From Chiloscyllium plagiosum (Eukaryota), in NCBI RefSeq assembly GCF_004010195.1, contig NC_057719.1, positions 16,915,177-16,979,176 of the forward strand: DNA of 64,000 nt, written 5' to 3'. Under the pieces are notes generated by a model that did no database searches, was not told where the DNA came from, and saw nothing but the letters and a program-made list of their open reading frames with translations. The translations under genes and the position numbers were made by a program. Shown here in pieces: positions 36,671-50,216 of the stretch. Each line of letters starts with the position of its first letter. Position 1 is the first letter of the stretch.

Positions 36671-37871
36671 CTTTGCATCTTTTTAAGGCACGAAACATAA
36701 TTACCCCTTAAATTATGAGTTTAAAATTTATTTCTATTATGGTGACTAATATAGTGTGGAGAACTTATGCTGATCTGTATTGAGAATTAGGAGAACCATA
36801 TTTGAGAAAATGGAGTACCCATTGTCATGAAAAGGGCTAACTACTTTGTCCATATTCTAGTCTGTTTATAATTTGCATAACTTGTTCCATTTGAAGGAAT
36901 ACAGGTGAGTTTTGTAAATTTAGCAGCTTCTGTACTATTCACTTTAATAATTTACCCACTGTATTATCTATTTAACTCTTTGAAGACTGAATGGCAAATT
37001 TTTATTTTGAATGATTCTCTTTTCTTAGTTTTTGATTTGTAAGAGGAGTCTTCTTTAACATCTTCACCTATATCAGAAAACCAATTCACTAATTATTGAT
37101 ACTTTTTCCTCCAAATTTTGGACAGTGTGAGAAGCACTCTATGTTTTATATGATTCTTTAAAGAAATTGTAATTGTCTGCACTATTTATGTAAATTTTAG
37201 ACCAGATGCTTCTACAACCTTGAATACATTAAAGAGGATCAATGAATGTAAAACCGTGAAGAAAAGGCCACTGTTCTTCATGAAATGTGTTATTTTCCCT
37301 AGAAAGTTCAGGTTGCATTTCCTCTTGAACATGATTACTTTGATGAAATTAAAGTAGCTCACCTTCTAAAGATAATGACTGAGACATACTTTATTTTTAA
37401 GGGAATCTACTTTCCATATGCTTTTATTTGTTTGCAAATGTTTAACTCTGATATCTGGCTCCTCTCCACTGTGTTGAAAGAAACCTTTTGCTCAGAATTG
37501 TAGACCACAACAGAAAAGGGGGGGGAAATGAACATTGCTTCAAATAACATGACTATTTTATGTTGGTGTGTTTGTAATCTGATTCAAAAGGAAAATCTCA
37601 ATGATGGGGCACTGCTCCTCTGAGGCTACAATGCATTATTACAGTGGAGTGTTGGCATGTTACCTATTAACTTGAATAAGCAGCTTCCTTGCAAGTGGGT
37701 GACTGCTTGAAGTAAGGTGTGTCGCAATTACCTGAAGCCATTCTTAAGAAGACCAAGGAAAGTAGTCACGTGCCAAGTCAGCTGCATCTAAGCAAAGCTT
37801 ACCTCACAAGAACCTTACCTTAACTTACCTCAACTAGGACCACCTAGTTGTGCAGCATGGAGCTCTGTGAA

Positions 37872-38921
37872 ACATAGAAAATAGGTGGAGGAGTAGGACA
37901 CTAAGCCCATTGGGCCCACTCTGCCTTTTAACATGATCATGTTAAAACTATACTCCCAGTCTGTCTACACATTCCTTGACACCATTTGCCTTTAGAAATC
38001 AGTGTACAGGTATTTCTTTCATAAATCTAGTTGATGCTTAACCATTACAGCCTTCTGCGTAAGAAAATTCCACAAGTTCACCATCCTTTGACTGAAAAAC
38101 CTTTGCCTCATCTCCATTGGAAATATATTGCTAAATGAGACGGTGACTCCTGGATCTCCTAGCCTGGAGAAACATTTTCCCTGCATCCAGTATGTCCAAC
38201 ACTGTTCGAATTTTTTTGATGATTCAATGAAATCCCTTCTCAATCTTCTAAACTCCAGTGATTACAGGTCGAGTCAACCAATATCTCCTCATATGATAAA
38301 CTTGTCATCCCAGGAATCAATCTGGTGAATCTTGGCTATACTTCCCTCAATATCTAGCTTTCCTTAGGTAAGGAGATCCAAACCTCAGTTAAAAATCACA
38401 CAACACCAGGTTATAGTCCAACAGGTTTAATTGGAAGTACACTAGCTTTCGGAGCGACGCTCCTTCATCAGGTGATTGTGGAGGGCTCGATCGTAACACA
38501 GAATTTATAGCAAAAATTTGCAGTGTGATGTAACTGAAATTATACATTGAAGAATTGATTGTCTGTTAAGCCTTTCATCTGTTAGAATACAGTGATAGTT
38601 TCACTTCTTTCATGTGTAAATCACAAAACCCTTTTTTTAAAAGTTGCATTCTCGGGTTAGCTGTTAACAATGGTGATAGCTAGACAATATGTTGAAGGTG
38701 TTAGCCCCCTGTGTTCTCTGTCTATGACCTGATGTTTAGATTGATTCCAATCTAAAAAGTGAGATAACAGAGTTTTACATAAATATATTGCTAAATGAGC
38801 AGTTTTTGAGCTCAGAGTTCTACATGAATGTATGTGGTTTTTGAGCAAAGTGCAATGTAACTCTGAAAGTACCAAAAAAAATTCACCACACAAAATATAT
38901 GTGTGCATGTGGGTCCTTGTC

Positions 38922-38953
<32 letters not shown>

Positions 38954-39310
38954 GTGCAATGGTGATCGCCTGTAATGTGACATGAACCCAAGGTCCCGGT
39001 TGAAGCCCTCCCTATGGTGATTTCACCCAGGCTACATCAAGCTCCTGTACTCAAACCCTCTTGCATTATAAACCAACAGATCTTTTGTCTTACGAGCAGC
39101 ATGCTGCCCCTACATGTTTTATTTCAGTAACCAATATGCAAGATCATCCAGGTCCCTTTGTACATGACATTTCTAAATCTATCACTAATTAGATAATATT
39201 GCCATTCTGTTTTTTTTCCAACTGATGTGGACATTTTCACACTTATCCACATTATACTGTCTTGGCCACTCATAAGCCTTCTAAAATAACTTGTCTAAAT
39301 CTCCCTGAAA
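37872..39310 (-). mobile_element. Old CR1 3' portion split by a Penelope fragment
   Basis: acatagaaaataggtggaggagtagg tail; ORF 38019-38243 FFSQRMVNLWN. Confidence 0.7.
38390..39017 (-). mobile_element. Penelope-like element 3' end (family 2): ORF C-terminus, (CA)n and hammerhead motif
   Basis: Minus strand 38960-39017 reads HREGFNRDLGFMSHY, like the end of PLE GIY-YIG ORFs; hammerhead motif at 38440-38474. Confidence 0.8.
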
Positions 39311-39760
39311 CTTTTAAAGGAGTATACACGTAACAAAGTGATGGGTAAATCCTAAGTGTTCCAATGTGCAGAAACATCAGTGCTTGAATTGAATTAAATT
39401 GAATTGAATTGAATTTATTGTCACATGTACCGAGCACAGTGAAAATATTTGTCTTGCGAGCAATACAGACAGATCACATAGTTAAGTAGCATAGATAAGT
39501 AATAATAGGTAAACAGTAACAAAAACAAAAACACAGGTACAGGCGAATGTTAAGAGTTTGTGAGTCCATTTAGTATTCTAACAACAATAGGATAGAAACT
39601 GTTTTGAAACCGGCTTTACATCTGCCACAAGACTTAAATATAAAATAGGAACTGAGTCACAAAGTTGTCAGGTCTCTTGGTGCACTTATTGATTAAAGGT
39701 TGTAGTTGGATCTTCAGGCCCTAACCAATCCTTGTATAGGTTTACCAGGATCTCACTTGA

Positions 39761-40120
39761 TTAGGTTAGATTCCCTACAGTGTGGAAACAGGCCCTTCGG
39801 CCCAACAAGTCCACACTGACCCTCCAAAGAGCAAGCCACCCCCCTCTGACTAATGCACCTAATACCATAGGCAATTTAACATGGCCAATTCACCTGACCT
39901 GCACATCTTTGGACTGTGGGAGGAAACCGGAGCACCCGGAGGAAACCCACGCAGACACTGGGAGATGAAGGGCTTTTGCCCGAAACGTCGATTTCTCTGC
40001 TCCTCGGATGCTGCCTGAACTGCTTTGCTTTTCCAGCATCTGCAGTCATTGTTTTTCCCTACGGGGAGAATGTGCAAACTCCACACAGACAGTCACCTGA
40101 GGCTGGAATTGAACCTGGGA
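39761..40120 (-). mobile_element. HE1-like V-SINE interrupted by a PLE fragment (39964-40062)
   Basis: SINE sequence stops at gacactggga and resumes at ggggagaatgtgcaaactcc; insert begins gatgaagggcttttgcccgaaacgtcg. Confidence 0.85.
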
Positions 40121-40122
40121 CG

Positions 40123-40345
40123 ACACACTCTCCCAGTGTCTGCGTGGGCTTCCTCCGGGTGCTCCGGTTTCCTCCTACAGTCCAGAGGTGTGCAGGTCAG
40201 TGAATTGGCCATGTTAAATTGCCCATAGTGTTCGGTGCATTCGATAGAGGGGGGTGGGTTGCTCTTCAGAGGGTCGGTGTGGACTTGTTGGGCTGAAGGG
40301 CCTGTTTCCACGCTGTAGAGAATCTAACCCAACCAAACCTAATCA
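40123..40345 (+). mobile_element. HE1-like V-SINE 3' half, inverted partner of the preceding copy
   Basis: gtgtctgcgtgggcttcctccgggtgctccgg..aagggcctgtttccac. Confidence 0.85.
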
Positions 40346-40757
40346 AGTGAGATCCTGGTAATGCCTAGATCTATACGTCAGTTGATTACTCCAAAAACAA
40401 AGAGTATTGCATATGCTGGAAATCAGAAATAAAAACTGAAGCTGCAGGAAATTCTCAGTAGATCAGGCAGCATCTGCTGAAGAGAAGCTGAATTCTGGTT
40501 AATTACTTTATCTGAACATTGGCCCAATTTGTTGGATATGGAGAGAGACATCTGATGCTGCCTGACCTGCCATGCTTTTCCAGCACCACACTCCCGTCAC
40601 CTTCATACTAAAACCAATTTCATCAAATGTAACAAGCGAACAAACTTAAGTTGTTTTCAATCCGTTATTAAGAAAACATGATCTGCTTCTTACTGTCTCT
40701 CCAAAGCAGTCTGAAGCTCTTATTAAAGGACAACTGAGTGATTACTGGTACAAGGCT

Positions 40758-41173
40758 AGGCAAAAGTGAGGACTGCAGATGCTGGAAACCAGAGTTTAGA
40801 TCAGTGTGGTGCTGGAAAAGCACAGCAGGTCAGGCAGCATCCGAGGAGCAGGAAAATCAACATTTTGGGCAAAAGCCCTTCATCAGGAATAGAGGCAGGG
40901 AGCCTCCAGGGTGGAGAGATAAGGGTGGTGGTGGTGGTGGGGGGTGGTGGGGCGCGGGGCTGAAGAGAATGGGGAGAAGGTAGCAAAGAGTACAATAGGT
41001 GAATGGGGGTAGGGATGGAGGTGATAGATCAGAGAGGAGGGTGGAAACGGATAGGTGGGAAGGGAGATTGGCAGGTAGTACAGGTCATGAGGACAGTCCT
41101 TCCCTGCCTCCATTCCTGATGAAGGGCTTTTGCCTGAAACATCAATTTTCCTGCTCCTCGGATGCTGCCTGAC
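40758..41173. mobile_element. Penelope-derived insertion (family 1) with inverted terminal segment
   Basis: About 40828-40901 inverted against about 41100-41175; 13-bp TSD ctggtacaaggct at 40745-40757 and 41174-41186. Confidence 0.85.
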
Positions 41174-42119
41174 CTGGTACAAGGCTGTAGACAGATGGAT
41201 GCAAAGACATTGCAGAGTATGGCCCACTTGTGCAATAAAAACCCTAGACTTCTCATATCTAAGACTTGAGGTAATAGAAGTAAATTGAAGAAAACATGCA
41301 AGTTCCTTTATTATTTTTTGTTATTTCCTGCAATCTTTAAATTTAATATTTACTTTAAAATATCAGACAATAAATATCACTTTTAAAAAAAAATCAATCA
41401 ACTACTTATCACCAACAAATGTTAAATATATATGAGCCGCTTTCACTACCAAAAGACAAACTTCCCAGATCTTTCCCCAAAGCTGACTACAGTATATCCT
41501 TTTGACTGTTATTTATTCCCAAAAATTGTGATATAAACTTATTAGTTAGAAAAGTCTATCTCATTTCACTGATTATAGTAAAATTATTTTTCTCATCTGA
41601 TCATATCCTTGACAGCAATACAAACCTTCTGCAATATGTACAACTACCAGTGCATTTTGGAGTCATCATTGTAAGTGAAACACTTTGAAACTTTCTGGAG
41701 ATGTTACATAAATGCAAGTCCTCTATTTTCAGTCCATACCGAGTGCAGTATTCTTAATTATTGAAATTTGTTTGTGCAAGTTTGGTGAGCCCACTGGCTG
41801 ATGCTTAGCATTTCACCTTTAATAATTTTGCAATAAGTGAATGAATGGTCTTTAGTTCACATAGAAGTAAGCAAAACCTTGAGCACAATTTAGGAGTGGT
41901 TAGCATTCTGGCGCCCCCAGCAGGGAGTGCACAGTAAAAGAAATATATAAATTTTTATTTCCCTGCAACATGCTCTTGATGATGTCACTCCTTGCTATCA
42001 GTGCTGTGTTATGAGAGCACCCCTTTTGTATGAAAATTGTTTTGAAGGGAAACTTTCAAAATGAAATAAATGCAATTTTAGTGAAACTTTTCCAGGTCAT
42101 GCCAATAAATTCACCAAAA

Positions 42120-42330
42120 CAAGGATGAAGTCGCCATAATCCTCCAAGGCCATAGGGTTGCTCGCGCATTAGAGATTGATGGCTGATGGTGGTTTAATCT
42201 GAGGGTCACCATGCCTCAGGCAAGAGGAGAGGTTGAGAAGGAGAGTTATTTCAGCCAGTGTGGGAATTGAACCTGCACTGTTGGCATCACTCTGCAAACC
42301 AGCCAACTGAGCTGACCAACTGCCTGCCAA
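42120..42330 (-). mobile_element. tRNA-derived SINE
   Basis: Minus strand starts ggcagttggtcagctcagttgg (A-box-like) with ggttcaattcc (B box). Confidence 0.6.
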
Positions 42331-43251
42331 AATAATACAGTTATTATTGAATACACAAAGTCTGAATACATTGAAATATTGCACTACTTCTGATCCTAAA
42401 CAGGCAGAGTTGTGTAGCCTTCAACAAAAGCAGGGGTGGTTGTTCTGGCCGGTAGACTGTGCTCTGTAATCTGTATTTTCAGGATTGTCTTTGTAAGCGC
42501 TGTCCCAAATAAACATTCTGTTGACACAGCATTGCTGACGAAACTTTAAAAGTAGAATAAAATTATTCTTACTTCATATCTTTAAGGGCCTGCAGCCTCC
42601 CAATATGTTAAAGCATGAGCTCCTTTTGGATATGGCTGTTCTTCAAGATAATTTCAGCTGTAGGATTTATCTTTACTATAATACATTAAAGCCTGAAAAA
42701 TGAGGGAATATACAGACTTTTTTTTATCAGGATGTGATTACCGCTGTTTTAAACACTGTACCACTGTATTGTGGTAATGACTGATTCCAGCTTTGTTGAA
42801 GAATTTGTGAAATGGGGACAGTAGCCATGTTTGAGTTGGCCACTTGAGAATCTTAACAGTTCAGCTCATTTCCAGAGAACAGAATTAGCCGACCTCACTT
42901 TTTGTACTTGCTGCTGATATTTGCATTTGCTTTTGGTCCTATTGTAATCCCTAGTGGAGAGCAGGAGAAAACTGAGTGATTACTGAGCTTCATTATATAA
43001 CCAGGCATACCTGTGTTTCAATTTGACTTGTAAGGTTTTCTATATTTTTTATATGGTTCCTCTGTTATCTAGACTGACCAGGTGCCAGTGAATTGCAAAA
43101 GGAGAATTTGTCCCTCTAAAATTCAACTTCTCATCACTCTGAAAAAGGTTCAAAAGAGAGAATATTCACAATCCGAAACAGACCAAGTGTCAACCAGAAT
43201 CAAAAATGTATTAAGTAATACCACGTACGTTTAAGAGATGCTTCTAATCAT

Positions 43252-43625
43252 GGTGTCAGCTATTGCTCAGTGGTAGCACAATGTCATCTCAGCTTAAGAA
43301 GACTCTAGGTCAAGTTTCACTCCAGCCAGAACTAGCCAGTGTCCGCACTGAGAGAATGCTGACAGAGGTACTGTTTCTGAGATGAGAGATTAAAAGGGAA
43401 AATTGCCGTTGTCGAAGAACAGAGAAGTTGTCAAGGTCCTGTCCAGACTAAAACAAATGAACTGGTCATTTATCCTGTTGCTCTTTGTGGGAGCTTGCTG
43501 TGCACAAATTGGCTGCTGTGTTTCCTTACATCACAACAATTACTACTTTTCAAAAAGCATTTAATTGTCTGAAGTGCTTTGGAACGTCCGGAGGTTATGA
43601 AAGGTACTAATTAAATAGAATTTCT
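43252..43625 (+). mobile_element. Deu-domain SINE (SacSINE1/AmnSINE-like)
   Basis: tRNA-like head gctcagtggtagcac; core tttgtgggagcttgctgtgcacaaattggctgctgtgtttcc; tail gtgctttggaacgtcc.gaggttatgaaagg. Confidence 0.72.
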
Positions 43626-45984
43626 CTATTTCCTTCCTTCCTACCCTCTGCATTTATAATAGGACAGGGAAAAAAAAGCACTTCTTCAAATAGATCTGAA
43701 TTTTCAAAAGCTCATCATTGTACCATTGAGCTGAAACAGCTCAGGTTCAGAGTTAAATCCTCCTGGATGCTTGAAGACTATAGATGTGGAAAAAACAAAT
43801 TATTAAATAGTTTTCTCCTTTTTCCAGGTAAGTGAGTTTAATTACTCTATGTTCCAGAAATAACGACCTTCCGAAAAAATCTGAACATTCTACATTCTGT
43901 TCCATATGCTCCAAGGAGTTAGTAGAATCCAACTGCACCTCTGCACAAGGTACAAGACTATCTGGACTGCGTCCACTTCAGTCAAAACCCCATCATCCTG
44001 CAGTCTGTAATACTTGGTATTAAGTGTATACAGCCATTCTAACAGGCTCAAAAGATGGTTTTGCAAAGACAAAGAAAGCTAAATGTGTGCTACCAATCTC
44101 AAAATTATTATAAACCTCTGCAGCAAAGTAAATCACTGAATAGATTAACATCAACTAGACAGGAGCCATTTGCTTCTGGTAGTGGTTCTTTGTGTAAACG
44201 TATCACCATGGAGCCCAATACTGACTTTGGTTTAGACCCTGCTTTGATTTAATTACCTGACTTTGCCAAAAGGCAGGGGAGTGGCTGCTACACTTGGCCT
44301 CAATGACCACTGGGACGAGGAATTAAAAAAAATACATTATCTGGGCATCCTATTTCTGATAGCAGGGGTAACTTGATGGCTAAAAAGTGAAAATGTGTGA
44401 ATGGCAATTGCGATGAGGGATTTGTTCAGTAATGAAGTTCCCCACATCAAATTATGCTTTTGAGTGCACATGTAAAGAGGCTAAGATTGGGGTGGCAGCA
44501 AGCTATACCCAGAGTGGGGACTTCTGATTGTCAGTGAGACAGTGGCAGCAGCAGAGTTGAGATTCCTGGTTGCAGTTGCAGTAGGCCTGGAGTAGGGACT
44601 CCTAGTTATCAGCAAGGCGGTGCAGCAGAGTTGGGTACTCATGGTTGTTGGGCAAGTGTGGGTTCAGCTTGGAACTCAGTGATGGTGGTGGCATTGGTGA
44701 GGTGGGCCCAGCAGTGAAGAGATGACACCTAAAGAGTGGCAACGCCTACATGGTGAGTCCAGCATAGGTGGCAATGATGCATTGGTGGCACTGGTGAGCT
44801 GACTCAGGATTCATGGTGGAGGCGGTGAAATGAAGATAGACTCTCAGTTATATCTTTTTTATTCTTAAACTATTCAAAATGGCACATGATTGTGGCAACA
44901 GTTGAAGTTTCTCACTGTATTGACTTATTCACTGTAAAACACAAATGACAATAAATCATTCAATTTAGTTCACATGCAATGTATTGGGCGACTATATTTA
45001 TTGAACTGTAACCTAGGTGTGTCATCACCTTTCAGAGGTAACAGGAAATAGGTGGGGGTGCTGGTCAAAAATAAATGAGTCACTTACTCCCACTCGCAAT
45101 GCACGGAATCCAACTTCCTGTAGAAGCTGACATGTTGAGCTTGTGTGTTGAGAAGGTGTGAATTGACAACCAGGTGGAAGAACAGCATGGCATCTTCCTG
45201 AATAATGCAAAAAGCCTTTTCTTAATCCATTGACATTGTTTTTTGTTGCGAAGTATGCAATCTAATACACGTGTTTTGTCAGATTATATTTGATTGAATG
45301 CATGTTAAGTTCCACCTCTAGACCTCCAAAGCAAGCTTTAAGGCCAAAATGTGAGGTGACATGTTCTGTGTTTTTATCAGTACCACACTATTTCTGACTG
45401 TTAGGTTCTCCATCAAAGTTGGCTTCCCTCCCTTGAATGAAATAATGCTGTTCCACTCTGCACCTTGCCCTTTTGGGAAACAGGAATTTACTGCACGTGG
45501 AATTTGCAAGGCAAGCTTGTTTATTTTTGTTAAATTACATCACCATTCTTAGAAATTCTTGATTATATTTCGAATAGACTATAATGCTGGTTACCCAAAG
45601 TTCTCCAAGGGAAATGTGGAATTTGCAATTTTTACTTTTAATGTTTCTTCTGCTGAGAACTTTCCAACTTCACTGTCTTTGTGGAAGGATTAATGTTAAT
45701 AAAAATAAAATAACGTCACATGTGAGAGGTTCGTGAATCATTGCATTACAAGCATAAGAGCTAGAAGCAGGAGTAAGCAATTCGGCCTTTCCATCCTGTT
45801 CCCTCATTTAATACCATCATGTCTGATCTCCTCTCAGCCTCAACTCCACTACGCTGAAGGCTCCCCATAACCCTTCAAGTGTTACTAACTAACAAGCTCT
45901 CGAACTCCTCCTTAAATTTTCTGAATGTCCCTTTTGAGAGAAGTAATTTCTACTTGCCCAGTTTAAAATCTGTTACCCCTTATC

Positions 45985-46360
45985 TAAAGAAAAAAAAACT
46001 GCAGATGCTGGAATCCAAAGTAGACAAGCAGGGGGCTGGAAGAACATAGCAAGCCAGGCAGCATCAGGAGGTGGAATAGTCGACATTTTGGGTTTAACCC
46101 TTCTTCAGGAATAGAAGTTGGGGGCGGGGAGCTGCAGATAAAGGGTGGAAGGGTTCTGGGTGGGGAGAGGGGTGGAGTGGTGAGGCAGTGATAGGTGAAC
46201 ACAGGTAAATACAACCTGGAAGGTTGATAGGAGAAATGAATCCGGTTGGTAGCTGGAAGGAAGGGTCATTCGAAGGGATGGAAGGGAGAAGGCAGGGCTA
46301 AAAGGGGAGTCAGGGGATGGGTGGGAAGGTTATTTGAAATTGGAGAATTTAATGTTGAGT
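45985..46360 (-). mobile_element. Penelope-like 3' end inserted in an old CR1 (about 45750-46520)
   Basis: Minus strand ends an ORF with LNIKFSNFK* (46329-46360), then pyrimidine-rich UTR and ttcctgaagaagggttaaacccaaaatgtcg decayed hammerhead. Confidence 0.75.
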
Positions 46361-46840
46361 TTTTCACACTCTAGGCTTATGTAAAAATGTGACCTGATAT
46401 TAGATTGCCCCACAAGAGGAAATATCCACTGCATTTATTTTGTCAATCCCTTTCAGCATCTTATACACCTCAATTAGAGCTCCCCTCATTCTTTTAAACT
46501 CTAGAGTATATAATAATTCTAGAGAATTATTGAAGGACCACATTCAGGAAATCCACTGCAAAGCTGGTAGCAATGTCTGGGTGAGAAATAGGCACTTCAG
46601 AGCTGTCCTCTTAATGAGAATGTCACAAAGATGTTTGAATTAACTACCCCTTAGTGTCCAACATCAATATTCCAACACTTCAGAAGCATTCCTGCGTTCA
46701 TAAGCTTCAGTCTACAGAAATACAAATAATAGTGTATCCCATTAACAAACTAAGTTCAAAGCAATTCTGATTTTATCCATTGACTTCCTAGAAACTGCAA
46801 TATGAGTAACATTAGAATCAATCACCACATTCTCTGATTG

Positions 46841-46954
46841 ATTTGGAGATGCTGGTGTTAGACTGGGGTGTACAAAGTTTAAAAATTACACACCAGGTTA
46901 TAGTCCAACAGGGCACTAGCTTTCGGAGCGCCGCTCCTTCATCAGTTCGTTGTG
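46841..46954 (-). mobile_element. Short Penelope-derived insertion (family 2)
   Basis: Homologous to 38390-38475; 12-bp TSD attctctgattg at 46829-46840 and 46955-46966; hammerhead motif 46914-46947. Confidence 0.82.
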
Positions 46955-47014
46955 ATTCTCTGATTGGTGTGTCAGTTCTCTGATTGGTATGTGTTGGCTT
47001 TGGGAAAATCGAAA

Positions 47015-47370
47015 CAATGGAATATCGGAGCAGGAGTAGATCATTCAGCCCATCAGGCCTGCTTCACCATTCAGTGAGATCATGACTGATCTGTGGCCTA
47101 ACTACATATGCCTGCCTTTGACCCATATCCCTCAATACATCTGCTTAACAAAAGATATCTATCTCCGATTTTAAATTAATAAGTAATCCAACATCCACTG
47201 CCATTTGTGAAAGTGAGTCCCAAAGATCTACCAGCCTTTGTTTGTAGAAGCTCTTCCTAACATCTTCCCTGAACAGTCTGGTCCTAACTCTCAGACTAAG
47301 CACCCTAGTTCTGGAATCCCCAACCAGTGGAAATAGTTTATCTAGTCTGTCTTTTCCTGTTAGTCCATTG
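47015..47370 (-). mobile_element. CR1 3' fragment
   Basis: ORF 47145-47450 LFPLVGDSRTR...FYKQRLVDLWDSL..KSEID. Confidence 0.8.
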
Positions 47371-49244
47371 TAATTGTACTCTGTTCCCACACTAGAGTAA
47401 ATTATGAAAACTATAATTCTCTGGTCATTATACTTGCAGAAAGTCAACACACTTTAAAATCTAATCAGGTGAAGCATTATATGAACATGAATTGACTCTC
47501 TCAATGTTCTGAAGTATTTATATTTTACAGAAAGTCAAGCTGATAAGTTTTTGATCAAGTACAAACCAGGATCTCAATAGGAATGAGGTACGTATAAAGA
47601 AAGACTTGAGAAGGACCTGACAAAAGCTATGATAGATTATTTTCATTCGTCATGAGAGGAGGGAAGTATGAGATAATCATAGAAACAATTAAAAGCTCAG
47701 TGCAGAAAATTCTGTATGCACATGTTTAGAATGTAGAGTCTGTAAACATTTTTTTAAAAGGAAAATTGATTGAATGATTGAAAAAGAACTATAATCTCTG
47801 GGGAATGGGGCAAATCAGCTGAGATGAAGTGGCTCATGAAACAAGACCTGATTGGTGAATTTTCTGTCTTTATTTTGTAATTTTTTTTAGCAGACTGATT
47901 TGTCAACCTCTGCTATAGAAATGAATCTCCCATGAGACATAGCCATTGGTTGATCAGTGCCACTAAGTGAACTTGGAACATGTCTTTCATCAGTTGTATT
48001 ATTGAAACAAAGAAGCATTATGCCAATACTGTATGTTCTTGTCCAACTATGAGCTGGCCAGTAAATATCTGTTTGCTATAGGTGAGGAAACCAGAATCCC
48101 CTGTAACTATCTCTTAACAATTGAGTTATTGCTTGTTTCATTTTCCAAAGCTTACTTGATAGGGCCTCTAAATCTAAATGGAATAGTGGTTAATGTTGAC
48201 TACTTAATTGATAACCTGTATTTGTATTGACTGCCTTCTGCATCCTCACAGAAGTGAGTGAAGCTAGATGAGATGTTGATTTTATTTTGGGAAAAAAGAA
48301 TGCACCTGAAGCAATTTATCACAAGATCACCATTAAGGTACCAAATGTGCTCATTTTCCCCAATTTTTGCTGCAAAGACTAGCTGAAAAAATCGAAATGT
48401 TAGTTTTACATCTTCCACCCAATTTGTTATGATGCATGTTACAGCTATAAACATGGGAGAATTTGAGAATACAGTTAATAATCATCCAAGTCCCCTTAAA
48501 TGGATAGTAACTGCAAGCATGCCAGCAATAATTAGCAGCAAATGGCCCAGTATTCTCATTTAAAAGGAATTGATCTCATCTCTGCATCCCCTTCCAAAAT
48601 GACTACTAATTCAGCAGAAATATTTTTGTACATACTGGTTACCAAAATAGATTGGTTGTAGTTTACTGTGACAAACAAATGTTCAAATAATATCTTTTTT
48701 TTAAATATGAGACACCAGACCATTTGATATGCCTTGCATCTCTACGGTTTACTTTGGGCAGCAGCTAGAAGGTCTCTTTGGATTTCATTGGCTACATTTT
48801 TGGTTCAGACTGTCTGAATATGTTAGACTCACAAGTTCAATCAGGTAGCTTCATTTTTTATAATGTGCTGCCAGGCTAAGTTGTTGAAGAGTTCAGAGGG
48901 TCACATTTGCTCACGGGCTGTTTAGCAATATGAGCAATGATGCCACCCAGGGGGAGAGATACTGCAATGTTACAAGCTGATTTGATACGAATATAGCTGC
49001 ATTGAGTTGGATGGAGAAATTGCAATTGACGTTATGAGGTAATTTTAGAATTGGCACAGTTAAGATGATAACCATAGGGACTTTCTCAATGAATTTCAAG
49101 TTCCAATAGTTCGACTTTCACGCCTTTGTTCTTTAGCCACTTTCTCCTGCACATCCAACCCCGACTCAATTCACCTTGACCTCTCCCTCTTGAATCCTTC
49201 TGCAAATTTCCTTTACCTTTCTACAAGGCATTTTTCAACCTACT

Positions 49245-50216
49245 TTTTGTCATTTACATGAATGATTTGGATGCGAGCATAAGAGGTACAGTTAGTAAGT
49301 TTGCAGATGACACCAAAATTGGAGGTGTAGTGGACAGCGAAGAGGGTTACCTCAAATTACAACAGGATCTGGACCAGATGGACCAATGGGCTGAGAAGTG
49401 GCAGATGGAGTTTAATTCAGATAAATGCAAGGTGCTGCATTTTGGGAAAGCAAATCTTAGCAGGACTTATACACTTAATGGTAAGGTCCTAGGGAGTGTT
49501 GCTGAACAAAGTGACATTGGAGTGCAGGTTCATAGCTCCTTGAAAGTGGAGTCAAGGGTAGATAGGATAGTGAAGAAGGCATTTGGTATGCTTTCCTTTA
49601 TTGGTCAGAGTATGGAGTACAGGAGTTGAGAGATCATGTTGCGGCTGTACAGGACATTGGTTAGGCCACTGTTGGAATATTGCGTGCAATTCTGGTCTCC
49701 TTCCTATCGGAAAGACGGTGTGAAACTTGAAAGGGTTCAGAAAAGATTTACAAGGATGTTGCCAGGCTTGGAGGATTTGAGCTATAGGAAGAGGCTGAAC
49801 ATGCTGGGCTGTTTTCCCTGGAGCATCGGAGGCTGAGGGGTGACCTTATAGAGGTTTACAAAATTATGAGAGGCTTGGATAGGGTAAATAGGCAAAGCCT
49901 TTTCCCTGGGGTCGAGGAGTCCAGAACTAGAGGGCATAGGTTTAGGGTGAGAGGGAAAAGATATAAAAGAGACCTACAGGGCAACTCTTTCACACAGAGG
50001 GTGGAACGTGTATGGAATGAGCTGCCAAAGGAAGTGGTGGAGGCTGGTACAATTGCAACATTTATGAGGCATTTGGATGGTTATATGAATAGGAAAGGTT
50101 TGGAGGGATATGGGCTGGGTGCTAGCAGTTGGGACTAGATTGGGTTGGGATATCTGGTCGGTATGGACAGGTTGGACCGAAGGGTCTGTTTCCATGCTGT
50201 ACATCTCTATGACTCT
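49245..50216 (+). mobile_element. CR1/HER1 LINE, 5'-truncated, fairly young
   Basis: ORFs 49258-50138 (SKFADDTKIGG..WQMEFN..LVRPLLEYCVQFWSP..WNELP); tail ctctatgactct. Confidence 0.92.
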
